Source: Bdellovibrionales bacterium
GTDB lineage: Bacteria; Bdellovibrionota; Bdellovibrionia; Bdellovibrionales; UBA1609
Length of the DNA: 64,000 nt
Assembly (NCBI GenBank): GCA_023299885.1
Contig: JALZUS010000012.1
Span: 206-64,205, forward strand
Reading direction: 5' to 3'
Position numbers and translations under genes: made by a program. The notes beneath the pieces are model-generated. The model was not told the DNA's origin. It saw only the letters and a program-made list of their open reading frames with translations, and made no database searches. Shown in pieces: positions 1 to 10,530 of this stretch (position 1 is the stretch's first letter; every line of letters begins with the position of its first letter).

Positions 1-956
1 ACCATACTCCTAGCATTAGGGTGCTTTAAATTACCCACTCGCTTCCAAGCCATAAAGTCTTTACTTTTGTAAATGTAGCCATCAACTGCCAAAACATAAA
101 TAGCATTTTTGTAAATAACGTAATCATAAGATTGCAAACGATCGACCGTAATAGCTGCAGCAGAAACAATATTGCCATCAAACGAGTAAAGCTCAGACGA
201 ATAACTCCCAGGGTTTCCTCTGTACACCAACTTATTTTTAAAGTTTAAAAATTTTGAACCCTCTTCAGCCGGTGAATTAAAAAGCCTTGGCCCATTGCTC
301 CAGCCCCTACCATCATAAATAAGAGATGCCCTTTGCTGCTGGGAATGAAAATCAACAGGCTGAAGGTAAAGCTTTCCATTTAACTGACCGGCAAAGTAAA
401 ACCGAGAAGAATCCTGACCAAGGCTTACCGCATCTACTGACTTCTCTACAGACCAAGAGACGCCATTATCATAACTTCTCCAAGCCATAGCCTTAGAACC
501 TTTAGAGCCCACCATCCATAGGTCTGAACCAGTATAAGTAAAAGTATCATATATATGTGACGCTTTTACTCCTACCCCACTAACCCACTTACCACTTTTA
601 TTTTTGTAAGCATAATCATGAGAAACACCTCTATGCGCAGGGTCAATCGATGGAACATATAAGTTGCCATTAATATTTTTAAAAACGCCAACAGCCTCTG
701 TACCCATCACATACTGAAGCTTTACTTTTTTAGTTTTAGGGGCATAGCTATATACGTCTATAGGCCCAATATTGGCATCATAATCGCCATAACCCATAAA
801 GATTTTTCCATTGAATATATGCAATACATCCAAAGATCGCCCTTTAGCTGTAACCTGTTTACTGGCTGAAGGATGAGTAAATAACTCTTTAAATTGAGCA
901 CTAGAACTTATTGAGAATAAAACAATAAATATAAAAATAATATTTCTTAACTTCAC
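1..956 (-). CDS. secreted protein with a BNR/Asp-box, C-terminus outside the window (partial)
   Basis: Not in the ORF track because no stop lies in the window. Minus-strand reading from GTG at 956 gives VKLRNIIFIFIVLFSISSSAQ (signal-peptide-like) and stays open to position 1. One Asp-box, SYDNGVSW (SxDxGxxW), is present. Confidence 0.55.
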   Translation of the reverse strand, partial: MKLRNIIFIFIVLFSISSSAQFKELFTHPSASKQVTAKGRSLDVLHIFNGKIFMGYGDYDANIGPIDVYSYAPKTKKVKLQYVMGTEAVGVFKNINGNLYVPSIDPAHRGVSHDYAYKNKSGKWVSGVGVKASHIYDTFTYTGSDLWMVGSKGSKAMAWRSYDNGVSWSVEKSVDAVSLGQDSSRFYFAGQLNGKLYLQPVDFHSQQQRASLIYDGRGWSNGPRLFNSPAEEGSKFLNFKNKLVYRGNPGSYSSELYSFDGNIVSAAAITVDRLQSYDYVIYKNAIYVLAVDGYIYKSKDFMAWKRVGNLKHPNARSM

Positions 957-1120
957 TAGCTTCCAATCATAGCGACCCAAAAAAACTACAAGATTAGCTC
1001 TCCTAATCGCTACAAAAACATTTATCAGGCCCTGCGATTAATGTCTATAACCTAGCATTAAAGCCCCAAATGGCATGAGAACTCATTTCACTATGAACAA
1101 TGTCATGGTAAGCTCTAAAC

Positions 1121-1798
1121 ATGATGATTGTTGGACATAGAGGCGCAAAAAATGAAGCCCCAGAAAATACTTTCCTAGGTTTTGATACAGCTATAAAGGC
1201 TGGAGTCACAAGTTTAGAAATTGATGTCCATAAAACAGCTGATAATCATCTGGTGGTCATACATGATAATACTGTAGATCGAACCACCAACGGACAAGGA
1301 AAAGTAACCGACTACAAGCTAAAAGACTTACTAGAATTAGATGCAGGGCAAGGTCAAAAAATACCAATTTTAGAGGATGTCTTTAAGTACTGTATAAATA
1401 AAAATATCTACTTATTTATAGAGTCCAAAGTCCCCTTTATAGAACAACAAATCGCAGACTTAATTGGCAAATATAATACCTATAAAAGCTGCGCCGTTAT
1501 TTGCTTTTACCATCAGTTTTTAAAAAATATTAAAGAAATAAATAATAAAATTACAACTGGGTGCCTTATTCACTGCGCGCCTATAGACCCAGTAAGTCTT
1601 GTTAAAAATGCAAATTCAGATTTTATCTCTATATCTATACAAACAATAAACCCTGACTTTGTTTCACAATGCAAAAAAGCCGGTTTAAAAATTTGTGTTT
1701 GGAACGCAAATACTCCTGAGTCTTATGAAAAAATGAAACAACTTGGTGTAGATTTTATATGTACAGACAACCCAAGTCGCATAATTAAGAGCTCATAA
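1121..1798 (+). CDS. glycerophosphodiester phosphodiesterase (GDPD family)
   Basis: N-terminal VGHRGAKNEAPENT (HRG..ENT catalytic motif) and EIDVH. Length of 225 aa is typical of UgpQ-like GDPD. Confidence 0.85.
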   Translation: MMIVGHRGAKNEAPENTFLGFDTAIKAGVTSLEIDVHKTADNHLVVIHDNTVDRTTNGQGKVTDYKLKDLLELDAGQGQKIPILEDVFKYCINKNIYLFIESKVPFIEQQIADLIGKYNTYKSCAVICFYHQFLKNIKEINNKITTGCLIHCAPIDPVSLVKNANSDFISISIQTINPDFVSQCKKAGLKICVWNANTPESYEKMKQLGVDFICTDNPSRIIKSS

Positions 1799-1850
1799 AT
1801 AGCTTTTATTTCCATTTGTTAGGCCAAAGGAATCATCCTATAAATAGCCT

Positions 1851-2852
1851 ATGAAAAAAATCATAACTATGACTTTGTGCCTACTACTTTTTTCATGCAC
1901 AAAAAAAAATGAAAACAATTTTAAAATCACCTTAAGGCTAAGCCATGTCTTTAGCCCTAAAGAAGACTTAGCTATATCTATGGAAACTATAGCTAATAAA
2001 ATAAATACCAAAACCAACGGAGCCGTTAAAATATTAACATACCCACAAGGACAAATTGCTACATACAAAGATGGTGTAGAGCTTGTAAAGCGTGGAGCTT
2101 ATTTTATATCTGTCGAAGACCCATCATATATTGGCGACTATCAGCCTGAATTCACTGCCCTTGTCGGACCAATGCTTTATAAAAACTTTGATGAGTATAT
2201 CGAGCTAACAAAAACTGCCTTAGTAAAATCTTGGGTTAAAAAAATTGAAAATAAAGGAATTAAGGTGCTCTCTCTTAATTATATTTTTGGTTTTAGAAAT
2301 GTAATCACCAACAAGGTTATAAAAACACCTGCTGATTTAAAAGGAGTAAAGCTAAGGACTCCCGGCAGTCAGCTCTTTATTAAAACTATTAATGCCATGG
2401 GAGCTTCGGCGACACCCCTACCTTGGGGCGAAACCTTTAGCGCACTTCAACAAGGTGTTGTTGATGGGCTTGAAGGATCAGAATTTACAAACATAGGTAC
2501 AAAAGTTTATGAGACTGGTAAAAAGAATATAGCCAAGACAAATCATTTTTTAGGCGTAGCTGGCGTTTATATATCACCCGATGTTTGGAGTAAAATTCCA
2601 AAAAACTATCAAGATATTATTCAAGCAGAGTTCGATACTGAAGCTAAAAATCTAGTCAGCCTACTTAAGTCTAAACATGCAGGCGTTGTTAAAGAGCTTG
2701 AGTCTAAAGGCGTCTCTTTTAATGAAATTGACAGAGCGGCCTTTGAAAAAGAAACTATTAAGCTTTTTGATCAACTTCCTGGTGTCACAAAAAAAATGTA
2801 CACTGATATACAAACTGAGCTCAAAAACATAAGGAGTTTAAGCAATGAATAA
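1851..2852 (+). CDS. dctP: TRAP transporter substrate-binding protein (DctP family)
   Basis: Lipoprotein-type signal (LLLFSC). 333 aa, followed by overlapping small and large TRAP permease genes. Sequence has the character of DctP-type binding proteins. Confidence 0.8.
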   Translation: MKKIITMTLCLLLFSCTKKNENNFKITLRLSHVFSPKEDLAISMETIANKINTKTNGAVKILTYPQGQIATYKDGVELVKRGAYFISVEDPSYIGDYQPEFTALVGPMLYKNFDEYIELTKTALVKSWVKKIENKGIKVLSLNYIFGFRNVITNKVIKTPADLKGVKLRTPGSQLFIKTINAMGASATPLPWGETFSALQQGVVDGLEGSEFTNIGTKVYETGKKNIAKTNHFLGVAGVYISPDVWSKIPKNYQDIIQAEFDTEAKNLVSLLKSKHAGVVKELESKGVSFNEIDRAAFEKETIKLFDQLPGVTKKMYTDIQTELKNIRSLSNE

Positions 2853-3306
2853 ACTCCTTAAAAATATAGAAGAAATTCTTTGCGGTGGGTTTCTTATAGT
2901 AATGATAACCGTTGTTATTGCCAATGTTTTTATGCGCTATCTTTTTAATAGCTCTATTGTTTGGGCAGAAGAAGTCGCTACAATATGTTTTGTTTGGGCT
3001 GTATTTATTGGCGCTTCTGCAACCTATAAAAATAAACTCGACGTAGGCATCAATGCATTAGTAGAAAAAACATCTCCACATATTAAAAAACTTATTTATA
3101 AGGCAGTAGCTGTCCTTATGCTTATTATTAATAGCTATATTTTTTATATAAGTATCGTTTTCACAAGTATTTCTTTTGAAAAACCTATGGCCGTCCTCGG
3201 CATATCGTCTGCTGTTATCAATTCTTCACTCATTGTGGGGTTTGGATTTATGACAATGCATTCTATTAAATTTCTTATTCAAGAATTTAAGGAGGCAAGA
3301 TCATGA
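2845..3306 (+). CDS. dctQ: TRAP transporter small permease (DctQ family)
   Basis: 153 aa, four hydrophobic segments. Overlaps dctP by 8 nt and dctM by 4 nt (ATGA). Confidence 0.75.
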   Translation: MNKLLKNIEEILCGGFLIVMITVVIANVFMRYLFNSSIVWAEEVATICFVWAVFIGASATYKNKLDVGINALVEKTSPHIKKLIYKAVAVLMLIINSYIFYISIVFTSISFEKPMAVLGISSAVINSSLIVGFGFMTMHSIKFLIQEFKEARS

Positions 3307-4583
3307 TCTACCTGCCAATTGCTCTTGTTTTTGTACTCTATTTTTCAAGCATGCCCATAGCTTTCGCATTATTTGCAGCCACACTTTTTTACTTTACATT
3401 TTTTGATGCTGGCATGCCTCCAGACCTTGTTTTACAAAAATTTATTACCGCAACAGCATCCTTTCCATTACTTGCCATTCCATTTTTTATTATGGCAGGC
3501 TCTGTAATGAATTATTCGGGTATTAGTAAAAAGCTTATGCAAATGGCAGATGTACTAACTGGCCATATGCTTGGCGGAATGGCTCAAGTTAATATTGTTT
3601 TAAGTACAATGATGGGCGGAGTTTCTGGCTCTGCCAATGCCGATGCAGCCATGCAAAGTAAAATTCTTGTTCCAGAAATGACAAAAAGAGGCTATAGCCC
3701 TGCCTTTTCTTCTGCTATTACAGCAGCCTCTTCAGCCATATCTCCAGTAATCCCCCCGGGGATAACAATGATTATCTATGCACTTATTGCTCAAGTTTCT
3801 GTTGGTAAAATGTTTGCCGCAGGCTATGTGCCTGGCATTATTATGGCCGCATCCCTCATGTTTACGGTTTATTTAATTTCCAAACGCCGCAACTATAAAC
3901 CGTCTCGAAAAAAACGTGCTACCGGAAAAGAAATATTACTCCAACTCAAAGACTCAATTTGGTCTTTATCATTACCATTTGGAGTGATTTTAGGCCTACG
4001 CTTTGGGCTATTTACACCTACCGAGGCCGGCGCTATAGCCATGCTTGCCTCAGCACTTATCGGTGTTTTTATTTACAAAGAACTTAAATTTGAACATATA
4101 AAACCTATTCTTAAAGATACTATTTATGGCACAGGAACTGTTGTGCTTATTATTGTTTCGGCCTCTGTATTTGGCTATTACCTGAACTGGGAGCGTATAC
4201 CGCAAGCCCTAACACAGGCTCTGCTTAATTTTACAGAAAACAAGTATGTCATGCTGGCTTTACTTAACATCTTACTTTTAGCAATAGGTATGTTTCTAGA
4301 AGGTGGAGCAGCATTAATTATTGTAGCACCGCTTGTAGTCCCCGTTGTTGTTAAATTAGGCGTCGACCCTATTCACTTTGGAATGATTATTATTGTTAAT
4401 ATTATGATAGGCGGCGTAACGCCACCCTTTGGCTCTATGATGTTTACCACATGCTCGGTCACAAAAGTCCCTATCAAAGATTTTGTAACCGAGATTAAAC
4501 CTTTTATAATTGCACTACTCTTTTCACTTTTAATTGTAACCTATTGGCCTAGCCTTATTTTACTTCTGCCAAACCTCATGTAA
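3303..4583 (+). CDS. dctM: TRAP transporter large permease (DctM family)
   Basis: 426 aa polytopic membrane protein with typical DctM segments (FFIMAGSVMNYSGIS, GGVSGSANADAA). Confidence 0.85.
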   Translation: MIYLPIALVFVLYFSSMPIAFALFAATLFYFTFFDAGMPPDLVLQKFITATASFPLLAIPFFIMAGSVMNYSGISKKLMQMADVLTGHMLGGMAQVNIVLSTMMGGVSGSANADAAMQSKILVPEMTKRGYSPAFSSAITAASSAISPVIPPGITMIIYALIAQVSVGKMFAAGYVPGIIMAASLMFTVYLISKRRNYKPSRKKRATGKEILLQLKDSIWSLSLPFGVILGLRFGLFTPTEAGAIAMLASALIGVFIYKELKFEHIKPILKDTIYGTGTVVLIIVSASVFGYYLNWERIPQALTQALLNFTENKYVMLALLNILLLAIGMFLEGGAALIIVAPLVVPVVVKLGVDPIHFGMIIIVNIMIGGVTPPFGSMMFTTCSVTKVPIKDFVTEIKPFIIALLFSLLIVTYWPSLILLLPNLM

Positions 4584-4592
4584 ACTTTTAAA

Positions 4593-5111
4593 ATGAAAAC
4601 TTTAAAAGTTCACTATCACCCTGAAATTAAATCTCTTGAAGGCAAAAGCAAATTCACACGCTTAGCCACTAGAGCTATTACAATGGATGCCGACAACATC
4701 TTAATGCTTTACACAGAACGCTATGATGACTACAGCTTGCCCGGCGGTGGCTTGGATAATAATGAGGATAAAGTGCAAGGCATGAAACGAGAACTTTCAG
4801 AAGAGACCGGGGCGACTGGCATCACTAACATCAAACCTTTTGGCATCTACGAAGAATATCGCCCCTGGCATCAGCCCGATTACGAAATACAGCATATGGT
4901 TTCTTACTGCTACACCTGCGATATTGATAAGGAGCTGGGTAAATCCCATATGGAATCTTATGAGGCCAACAATGGCATGGCTCCCAAATGGATTAATATC
5001 TTTGAAGCTATTAAACATAATAAAAAGACTATTTCTAATAGCCCCAAAAAAGGAATGTCTATTGAACGTGAAACTTTTTTACTAGAACTTATTGCAAAAA
5101 ATTACACTTAA
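4593..5111 (+). CDS. NUDIX hydrolase
   Basis: Nudix box GGGLDNNEDKVQGMKRELSEETG (GX5EX7REUXEEXGU). Confidence 0.8.
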   Translation: MKTLKVHYHPEIKSLEGKSKFTRLATRAITMDADNILMLYTERYDDYSLPGGGLDNNEDKVQGMKRELSEETGATGITNIKPFGIYEEYRPWHQPDYEIQHMVSYCYTCDIDKELGKSHMESYEANNGMAPKWINIFEAIKHNKKTISNSPKKGMSIERETFLLELIAKNYT

Positions 5112-6355
5112 TTTTTAATAGTTTTAATGAGTCCAAAAGATAAGGCAGCGCTTATTAAAAACCCTAAAAGAAGTGGCAAGATGCTCCCTTGATATTGAGA
5201 GGCTACAAAGCTACCAAAAAAAACAGCTATTAAGGACTGCAGTGAAGATATAACAGAATTAGCTACACCAGCTATATGACCCATAGGCTGAAGCGCTAAA
5301 GAACTCAGATTGCCAAACAACAAACCAAAACAGAAAAACACTATGGCGAAATAAACCCAAAGAGCCAACAAGAAAGGGTGCCCGCCCCTGTAAAAGCAAT
5401 AAGGTAAAAAGATAACTGTTACTACCAAAATAACAAGAAGTGCTCTTATACAAATCTTTTTAGCACCAAGCCTCTCTACCCATCTAGCATTAACAAATGA
5501 AGAAATCCCAATAAATATTGCTAAACTTCCAAACATAACAGGAAATAACTTTCCTAACTTATACTGGTCCTGGAAAATTTGTTGCACTAAGCTAATATAA
5601 GAAACAATAGATCCAAAAACTAAACCAGAGATAAACATATAGGTTCTTGTTTTTTTATGCCTCAATGTCTCTTTAGCACCTTTTAAAATATTATCTATTG
5701 AAAGTGGTATTCTTTTTTCTTTTATTAATGTCTCGCTTTGGCCATAACGCAACCAAACCATAGCCACTAGTGACAGCAATAGCATAAATAAGAAAATAGA
5801 TCGCCAACCAGAAACTAGTAAAATAATTTGACCAATAGATGGCGCCAAAGCTGGCACCATAACAAATACAATCATGATAAATGACATAACTTTGGCCATA
5901 GCATCACCTTCATACTTGTCACGTATCATTGCAGAAGTAACTACCCTACATGAAGCCGATCCCAACCCCTGTAAAAATCGTCCCATTAACATGACTTCGA
6001 AGCTTAAAGAAACTAAAGACAACAAGCATCCCATAACATAAATAAAGCCCCCAATATAAACTGAGTTTTTACGACCATAAGCATCTGAAAAGGGACCAAA
6101 AAAAATAAGACCAAATGACATTCCAAAAATAAGACTAGAAATTATATATTGAGTTGAGTTCTTACTAACTATATCCAAATCGTTAGCTATATAAGACATT
6201 GCCGGCAAAACAGAATCTATAGATAATGCTGTTAATGATATTAACAAAGCCATTAAAGCTATAAATTGTTTGCTGACTTTATTTGTATCTAAGTATTGGA
6301 TAAATGTCTCATTGTTAAAATTAGCAATAAGGTATACCTTAGAGTCTGACAACAA
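5108..6355 (-). CDS. MFS transporter (Bcr/CflA-like drug resistance type)
   Basis: About 12 TM segments and MFS motif A-like GPFSDAYGRK. The start is uncertain: TTG at 6355, while the first ATG at 6253 would truncate TM1. Confidence 0.75.
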   Translation of the reverse strand: MLSDSKVYLIANFNNETFIQYLDTNKVSKQFIALMALLISLTALSIDSVLPAMSYIANDLDIVSKNSTQYIISSLIFGMSFGLIFFGPFSDAYGRKNSVYIGGFIYVMGCLLSLVSLSFEVMLMGRFLQGLGSASCRVVTSAMIRDKYEGDAMAKVMSFIMIVFVMVPALAPSIGQIILLVSGWRSIFLFMLLLSLVAMVWLRYGQSETLIKEKRIPLSIDNILKGAKETLRHKKTRTYMFISGLVFGSIVSYISLVQQIFQDQYKLGKLFPVMFGSLAIFIGISSFVNARWVERLGAKKICIRALLVILVVTVIFLPYCFYRGGHPFLLALWVYFAIVFFCFGLLFGNLSSLALQPMGHIAGVANSVISSLQSLIAVFFGSFVASQYQGSILPLLLGFLISAALSFGLIKTIKN

Positions 6356-6392
6356 TCTATATTAATTGTTGCCCCAGCCTAAGGAAGTAAAA

Positions 6393-6740
6393 ATGAGCGA
6401 TACTCCTAACTGCCCTAAGTGTAATTCTGAATACGCTTATCTCGATAGAGAACTTTTTACATGCCCAGAGTGCAACCACGAATGGACACAAGCAGAGTCT
6501 GATGCAGCAGAGCCAAAGCAAAAAATATTCAAAGATGCAAACGGAAATACTTTAAGTGATGGCGACACCGTTACTGTCATAAAAGATTTAAAAGTAAAAG
6601 GGTCATCACTTGTTGTTAAAGTGGGGACAAAAGTTAAAAACATAAAGCTAATAGATGGCGACCATGATATCGACTGTAAAATTAAAGGCATCGGCTCTAT
6701 GCAGCTAAAAACAATTTTTGTAAAAAAAGTTAAAGACTAA
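6393..6740 (+). CDS. yjdM: zinc-ribbon protein YjdM/PhnA family
   Basis: CPKC-x17-CPEC zinc ribbon plus a C-terminal [14 protein letters not shown] domain. ATG 6393 is preceded by AAGGAAG, and the track start at 6366 is a less likely TTG. Confidence 0.8.
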   Translation: MSDTPNCPKCNSEYAYLDRELFTCPECNHEWTQAESDAAEPKQKIFKDANGNTLSDGDTVTVIKDLKVKGSSLVVKVGTKVKNIKLIDGDHDIDCKIKGIGSMQLKTIFVKKVKD

Positions 6741-8002
6741 TGAAAAACTCAAAAAAAATTGCAATCGTTGGCGGTGGCGCCGGGGGCTTCTTTACTGCCC
6801 TACGCTGTGCTTTAGTGGCCAAACAAAAAAATATTAATGCCACCATTACTATTTTTGAAGCCTCCACTAGTTTTTTACGCAAAGTCAGGATTTCTGGCGG
6901 AGGCCGCTGCAATGTTACCCATCATATTTTTGAGCCTAGAGAGCTCATAAGTAATTACCCTAGGGGCCAACGTGAACTACTTTCCCCATTTATGCAGTTC
7001 CAAGCACAAGATACAGTCAATTGGTTTGAAAAACGAGGCATAAGCCTAAAGCATGAAGCCGATGGCAGAATGTTTCCAACGACTAATAGCTCAGAAACTA
7101 TTATTAATTGCTTTTTAAAAGAGGCTGAAAAATTAAAAATTACACTAAAAACAAAACAAAATGTAAAAAGCTTAAAGCAACTCGATAACCAACAAATTTC
7201 GCTATACATTAACGACGATAAGTCCTATGTTGCTGATGCCGTTATGATAGCTACAGGAAGCGCTCCAGGAGGCTATCGGTTGGCAAAAAATTTAGGCCAT
7301 ACTATTACTGACCTTGCACCCTCACTATTTACTTTTAAAATTGACCACCCACTACTTAAAGAGATGGCAGGCACTTCTTTTGAAAAATCTAAATTTGAAT
7401 TAAGAATTGATGGCTCTAAAAAAGCGTTTAAACAAGAAGGCCCCGCCCTAATTACACATTGGGGCCTTAGCGGACCTGCAGTACTAAAGCTATCCGCCTG
7501 GGCAGCCAGAGAAATGAAGGCCACAAAGCATAAAGCCAAACTAATAGTCAATTGGACCGCCACCAAAAACAATAATGAAGCTGAAGAGATTATCCTTAAG
7601 CTTAAAACTAATTATTCTAAATCAAAAATTGCCAATGCATTACCTGATAAAATTACTAAGAAATTTTGGCTCTCTATTTTAGATTTTTTAAAAATTGACG
7701 CCGACAAACAATGGGCTAATCTTTCAAAAAAGGAAACGCTAAGTCTTTCTAATTTACTCCATCAAACAGAGTTTGATATTTTAGGGAAAAGCCGATTCAA
7801 AGAAGAGTTTGTAGAATGCGGTGGTATTAATTTAAAAGAAATTAATTTTAAAACAATGCAAAGTAAAATATGTCCCAATCTCTACTTTTCAGGTGAAGTG
7901 ATGGATATTGATGGCATTACCGGTGGTTTTAATTTTCAAAATGCTTGGACTAGTGGCTGGATAGCTGGCAATAATATGCTAACCCCATCAGACCTAAGTT
8001 AG
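6740..8002 (+). CDS. BaiN/RdsA (HI0933-like) NAD(P)/FAD-dependent oxidoreductase
   Basis: IAIVGGGAGG dinucleotide motif and the SGGGRCNVT family signature. 420 aa. Confidence 0.8.
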   Translation: MKNSKKIAIVGGGAGGFFTALRCALVAKQKNINATITIFEASTSFLRKVRISGGGRCNVTHHIFEPRELISNYPRGQRELLSPFMQFQAQDTVNWFEKRGISLKHEADGRMFPTTNSSETIINCFLKEAEKLKITLKTKQNVKSLKQLDNQQISLYINDDKSYVADAVMIATGSAPGGYRLAKNLGHTITDLAPSLFTFKIDHPLLKEMAGTSFEKSKFELRIDGSKKAFKQEGPALITHWGLSGPAVLKLSAWAAREMKATKHKAKLIVNWTATKNNNEAEEIILKLKTNYSKSKIANALPDKITKKFWLSILDFLKIDADKQWANLSKKETLSLSNLLHQTEFDILGKSRFKEEFVECGGINLKEINFKTMQSKICPNLYFSGEVMDIDGITGGFNFQNAWTSGWIAGNNMLTPSDLS

Positions 8003-8052
8003 CTTTATTAATAATACTAGATCCCCTCTAAATTGATTGATAGATTTAGTCT

Positions 8053-9477
8053 ATGAAATTACTTATTCTACTTATAGTTCTTGGAGCTTTATCTGGGTGC
8101 AGCACCACAGAAAAAGAAGCTCAAAAGAGCTTAGAAAAACAAAATTACAATAAAGCTATAATGCTTTTCTCCAGAGTCCTAGAACATGCACCAAAAAATG
8201 ATAATGCCTTGGCAGGACTTGAAGCAGCTCGCAACGGGTGGATTGATAAAGCCCTACTCAAAGTAAGACTTCTAAGGCTCTCAGGGAATGAAATAAAAAG
8301 TACAAACTTACTTAATACAATTTATAACTCTCAAAACAATTGGGATACATACCCAAAAGGGCCAGTGGCCTTCACTCAAAAAGAAGAAACTGAGTTTGCG
8401 ACAAAGTTTATATTAAAACAAAGCCAAGAATCTCTAAATAAAAACCTACCTTTAAAAGCTTTTCATATAGTACATGAATACGATCATATGTTTTCATCTG
8501 GTAGCAGTATAGCCAACAAAGATATTTACCTTAATACAGTAAATAAAGTTGGCGCCAATAAATGCAAACAACTAAAATCTGAAATTAAGAAAAATGAATT
8601 TTATTTTGGAAGCCTTATCAATAACTACTGCACTTTTTGGAGCCAACCTGTTAAAAGCTTAACTCAACAAAAAAATAACTATAGCAAGTCATTGATTAGC
8701 TACTTAAGCCTTGAATTAACTAATGAACTCAATTCTTTACAATTAAAAACTATAAATAAAGCCTTAGAGAAATCGCCTTGGTATAATAAATTTGGAAAAA
8801 AATTAAACTTGGTTAGTAATTCAAAGTATGACTACACACATAGCTATAAACCAAAGCGCTACACGCATGAGTACACCGTCTCTGTCCCCTATGAAGATAG
8901 CTATGAGAGAGAAAAGAATGACAATGGTAAAGGCATTATCTCAGCTATAGGTGATATTATTGATGCTTTTTCTGCTGCAAGTGGCAACGGTGAACGAGTG
9001 AGCGATAATGGTGACGGCACAGAAACAGTCTACCAGACACTTTACCGTGATGAATCAAGATATTATAAATATACTGGTACTGAGCATACAGAAAACTATA
9101 AGTATAAAGTTCGATTTAAATCAGAAAGCCAAGATTTTCCATTAATAATTTTTTATGAAAACTTTGAAAAACATACATCTAAAGAGCATGATATTAAAAA
9201 TCCTGACATTAATTTGAGTCCAAAAATTCAACAGCTTTATGGCTCAAAAGATTGGATCAATAAAGAGCAACATAAATTAGAAGCTAAATTTTTAGCTGAG
9301 ATAGAAGCCGCTTGGACAACTAAACATTGTAAAAGTAATATCCGAGAGTCTATATTAAGATGCTCTACTCATTTAGACGATTTAACAAAAATTTCAAAAA
9401 CAAATAACAAATGGTTTAAAGACAGTTTTGGGATTGATGCTAAAGCAGTTAAATTATTATTAGGGAGAATTTTATAA
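8053..9477 (+). CDS. lipoprotein of unknown function
   Basis: Lipobox LSGCS. The N-terminal segment is TPR-like. No recognisable catalytic motif. Confidence 0.6.
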   Translation: MKLLILLIVLGALSGCSTTEKEAQKSLEKQNYNKAIMLFSRVLEHAPKNDNALAGLEAARNGWIDKALLKVRLLRLSGNEIKSTNLLNTIYNSQNNWDTYPKGPVAFTQKEETEFATKFILKQSQESLNKNLPLKAFHIVHEYDHMFSSGSSIANKDIYLNTVNKVGANKCKQLKSEIKKNEFYFGSLINNYCTFWSQPVKSLTQQKNNYSKSLISYLSLELTNELNSLQLKTINKALEKSPWYNKFGKKLNLVSNSKYDYTHSYKPKRYTHEYTVSVPYEDSYEREKNDNGKGIISAIGDIIDAFSAASGNGERVSDNGDGTETVYQTLYRDESRYYKYTGTEHTENYKYKVRFKSESQDFPLIIFYENFEKHTSKEHDIKNPDINLSPKIQQLYGSKDWINKEQHKLEAKFLAEIEAAWTTKHCKSNIRESILRCSTHLDDLTKISKTNNKWFKDSFGIDAKAVKLLLGRIL

Positions 9478-9836
9478 TGGCAACACATGTAGTAACAAAT
9501 GATAATTTTAGAGAAACCTATACTAATAACGATATTGTCATTTTAGATTTTTGGGCTGTCTGGTGTGGCCCCTGTAAGGTTTTTAAACCTACCTTTGAAG
9601 CCGTATCTAATAAATATTCAGATCTTTTTTTTGGCACAGTTGAAACAGAGGTTGAACAAAAGCTTTCTGCCTATTTTCAAATCAGAAGTATACCTAGTAT
9701 TATTATTATACGCGAAGGCCTAGAGCTTTTTAGGCACTCAGGAGCCCTCAACGAAGAGCAGCTTTCCAAAGTGATTGAAGATGTAAAAGCACTAGATATG
9801 GAAGAAGTAAAAAAAGAGCACGACGCTAGCGAGTAA
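9477..9836 (+). CDS. thioredoxin
   Basis: WCGPC active site. The start overlaps the upstream stop (TAATG). Confidence 0.85.
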   Translation: MATHVVTNDNFRETYTNNDIVILDFWAVWCGPCKVFKPTFEAVSNKYSDLFFGTVETEVEQKLSAYFQIRSIPSIIIIREGLELFRHSGALNEEQLSKVIEDVKALDMEEVKKEHDASE

Positions 9837-9853
9837 GCTCTTAGTCCAAAACT

Positions 9854-9879
9854 ATAGCCTCTAAACCCACAGAGGCTAT
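9854..9879 (+). terminator. stem-loop after the thioredoxin gene
   Basis: ATAGCCTCT / AGAGGCTAT 9-bp stem with an 8-nt loop. The T-tract is weak. Confidence 0.45.
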
Positions 9880-9929
9880 TTAATAATTATTAGCTTTTTT
9901 TAAGCTCAATATTATTTATTATAGTTTTG

Positions 9930-10529
9930 ATGCAACTTCTACCCTTTATTAAAGCTTTTGCTAAAAACCCATCAAGGGTTTCTACAATAATACCTTCATT
10001 TAAGGCACTAGCTAAAGACATGAGCCTTGGTTCAGAAATTAGCACTCGAAAAAATATTGTAGAAGTTGGCGTTGGCACAGGAGCACTCACTACTGAAATC
10101 ATAAAAAGACTAACAGCTTCACATAACTACCTAGGGTTTGAAATTGATGGAGCACTTTTTGAATATATCAATGACACTTTTATGCCTAGGCATCAAAACC
10201 AAATAAATGAAGCACAAAGCTTTAAAATTATAAAAGAATCTGCTGAAAATCTGTCTCAACATATAGATGGAGGAACAACCGATGTTGTTATGTCGAGCTT
10301 ACCCTGGTCTGTCTTACCGCTTGAGCTTGAAGTTAAGCTATTAGACGAAATCTACTCTGCACTAAAACCTGGCGGCCTCTTTACTTTTTATAACTATATA
10401 ACAACAAGCAAGTCTTCAAAAATTACAGACTTTAAATCTGAAATAGATAAAAGATTTTCTAGCTTAAGTCGAAGAAAAATTATTTTAAAAAATATACCAC
10501 CCGCTTATGTATGGGTGGCCAAAAAATAA
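9930..10529 (+). CDS. class I SAM-dependent methyltransferase (COG3963 phospholipid N-methyltransferase-like)
   Basis: N-terminal PSRVSTIIPSFKALAKDM followed by SAM motif I, VEVGVGTGALT. Confidence 0.65.
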   Translation: MQLLPFIKAFAKNPSRVSTIIPSFKALAKDMSLGSEISTRKNIVEVGVGTGALTTEIIKRLTASHNYLGFEIDGALFEYINDTFMPRHQNQINEAQSFKIIKESAENLSQHIDGGTTDVVMSSLPWSVLPLELEVKLLDEIYSALKPGGLFTFYNYITTSKSSKITDFKSEIDKRFSSLSRRKIILKNIPPAYVWVAKK

Positions 10530-10530
10530 T

